64,000 nt of DNA, from contig JBGALR010000003.1 of the NCBI GenBank assembly GCA_044223735.1, forward strand, positions 18,128 to 82,127. The letters are read 5' to 3'. Shown here one piece after another: positions 62,896 to 64,000 of this stretch; position 1 is the stretch's first letter; each line of letters begins with the position of its first letter. Below the pieces are notes generated by a model. It did not search any database. It was not told where the DNA came from and saw only the letters and a list, made by a program, of their open reading frames with translations. Source of the stretch: Limisphaerales bacterium (lineage in GTDB: Bacteria > Verrucomicrobiota > Verrucomicrobiia > Limisphaerales > UBA8199). A program made the position numbers and the translations under genes.

Positions 62896-63235
62896 TATTA
62901 TACGATGACGGATTCTCCGTCGCCCTTGGCGTTAAGGTCGTCATCGGTTGGTGCGGCAGAATCCGTATTAGGGAAGAGGCTGCCAACGCTCAAACTCAGC
63001 GACCGGGGCTGACAATGCGACCCCACCTAAGTCGGGGACAATATGATGGTGTTGTCGCACAAACTAAAACGGACCAATTTTACTTGGTGTTCGTGGAAGG
63101 GCGGCAGCTCGTTCTGGCTCGTTGCCGTTTGATTTGCATGGCACGGTATGCCAAATCGGCTTCGCAAAAACATGATTTCGATCGCTCGGTAAATTAACGG
63201 CTTTCTGCAATTCAATCTGCTACGAGATCTCAGGA

Positions 63236-64000
63236 CTATAGGATTTCTATCACCAAGGCCGTTGTGTTGTCACGACCGCTCTTTTCCACCGCCTCTTTTA
63301 CCAGGCGCTGAGCTCGATTGGCGCGCGATTGCCGTGATTTTAATTCGTGGAGGATTTCTGCGAGATGGTGATCGTAAAGCCCCTCAACCAGGCCGTCCGT
63401 GCACAAAACAAAAATATCGCCGCTTTCGTAGCCAACGGCGCCGAGTTGCGGATCCACGAATTGATTGCCGCCGCCGAGCGCCTTCTGCAAGACGCTCCGT
63501 CGTGGATGTGTCCGGGCTTCTCTTTCGCTGATCTTGCCGTTGCGCAGCAACCAGGCTACGTGCGTATCGTCGTGACTGAGCTGGATCATCTTATCCTCTT
63601 TTGCGGGGAGGTAATAAAGGCGGCTGTCGCCGATATGCCCGAAATGCATCCAGCCGGGGGTAAACCAGCAAAGGGTGAGGGTGGCTTCCATTCCGGCACA
63701 CTCCTCGTAACTGCCGCCCAGGTAAACCAAAGCCTTGTGCACCTCACCGAACAGCTCGGTCACCACGTCATTGTAGTCCGTGACGAAGCCAGTCGCGGAT
63801 TGTTTGAAAGAGCGCGGGAGTAAAGTGGTGATCTTTTCTATGGCGATGCGGCTCGCGTATTCGCCGGCGAGCGCGCCACCCATACCGTCACTCACCGCGA
63901 AGGCAAAATCGATTTCCGCGGTCGAGGCCTCGCCAGTTTTGCCTAGTTGATGAACTTCTCTGGCATCGAATCGAAGCGCCAAAAAGGCGTCCTCATTGTT
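63236..64000 (-). CDS. PP2C/PrpC-type Ser/Thr protein phosphatase (5' end outside window)
   Basis: Open to the window edge (NNEDAFL). Motifs AVSDGMGG, HIGDSRLY, HDDTHV, LCTDGL and GRDNTTA. Confidence 0.92.
   Translation of the reverse strand, partial: NNEDAFLALRFDAREVHQLGKTGEASTAEIDFAFAVSDGMGGALAGEYASRIAIEKITTLLPRSFKQSATGFVTDYNDVVTELFGEVHKALVYLGGSYEECAGMEATLTLCWFTPGWMHFGHIGDSRLYYLPAKEDKMIQLSHDDTHVAWLLRNGKISEREARTHPRRSVLQKALGGGNQFVDPQLGAVGYESGDIFVLCTDGLVEGLYDHHLAEILHELKSRQSRANRAQRLVKEAVEKSGRDNTTALVIEIL

Larger units (their letters stand above)
24083..64000. mobile_element. Probable old genomic island integrated at tRNA-Gly (right boundary not found)
   Basis: tRNA followed by an integrase remnant, AT-richer intergenic DNA (24890..25300, 27630..28047), accessory cargo and a run of pseudogenes. 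No duplicated tRNA 3' end was seen in the window. Confidence 0.5.

Noticed and set aside
63131-63157. Imperfect palindrome GATTTGCATGGCACGGTATGCCAAATC
   Set aside because: It could be a terminator or operator after the PP2C gene, but it lacks a T-run and correct sigma-54 spacing. No supportable function.

Overview
High-GC bacterial DNA whose protein style suggests Verrucomicrobiota (Pedosphaerales/Limisphaerales-like). This is inferred from domain repertoire, not from a marker gene. All family calls are by eye and from recalled motifs; no search was run. The left 24 kb looks like core chromosome. It holds a partial FadL/OmpP1-type outer-membrane channel, transcribed divergently from a PhcB-like SAM methyltransferase. 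That gene is coupled to a PhcS-like hybrid sensor and followed by four more REC/HK/Hpt proteins. Together these form a candidate fatty-acid-methyl-ester quorum-sensing phosphorelay with no DNA-binding output. Next come galE, three tandem APC amino-acid permeases, a 1.1 kb ORF-poor spacer, a TetR-MFP-RND efflux operon and tRNA-Gly(GCC). Right of the tRNA, a decayed tyrosine integrase marks an old island. It carries a cytoplasmic PAS kinase/NarL-type regulator pair and a 33 kb five-gene surface-protein cluster. The cluster encodes: a 7446 aa PATR/HYR/beta-helix giant; a 295 aa protein; a ~2400 aa HYR-stalk protein; a PEP-CTERM protein; and a membrane-anchored helical protein. Both large proteins end in the same ~275 aa Ig+dockerin-like module. 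An unnamed ~170 aa 'WRG..GxWDLG..DQIV' domain occurs five times in three of the genes, with three different C-terminal modules. This layout resembles cellulosome scaffoldin/anchor logic and is the best novel-system candidate. The window ends with a decayed EPS operon (STAS, GT4 and ExeA-like ATPase pseudogenes) and a partial PP2C phosphatase.
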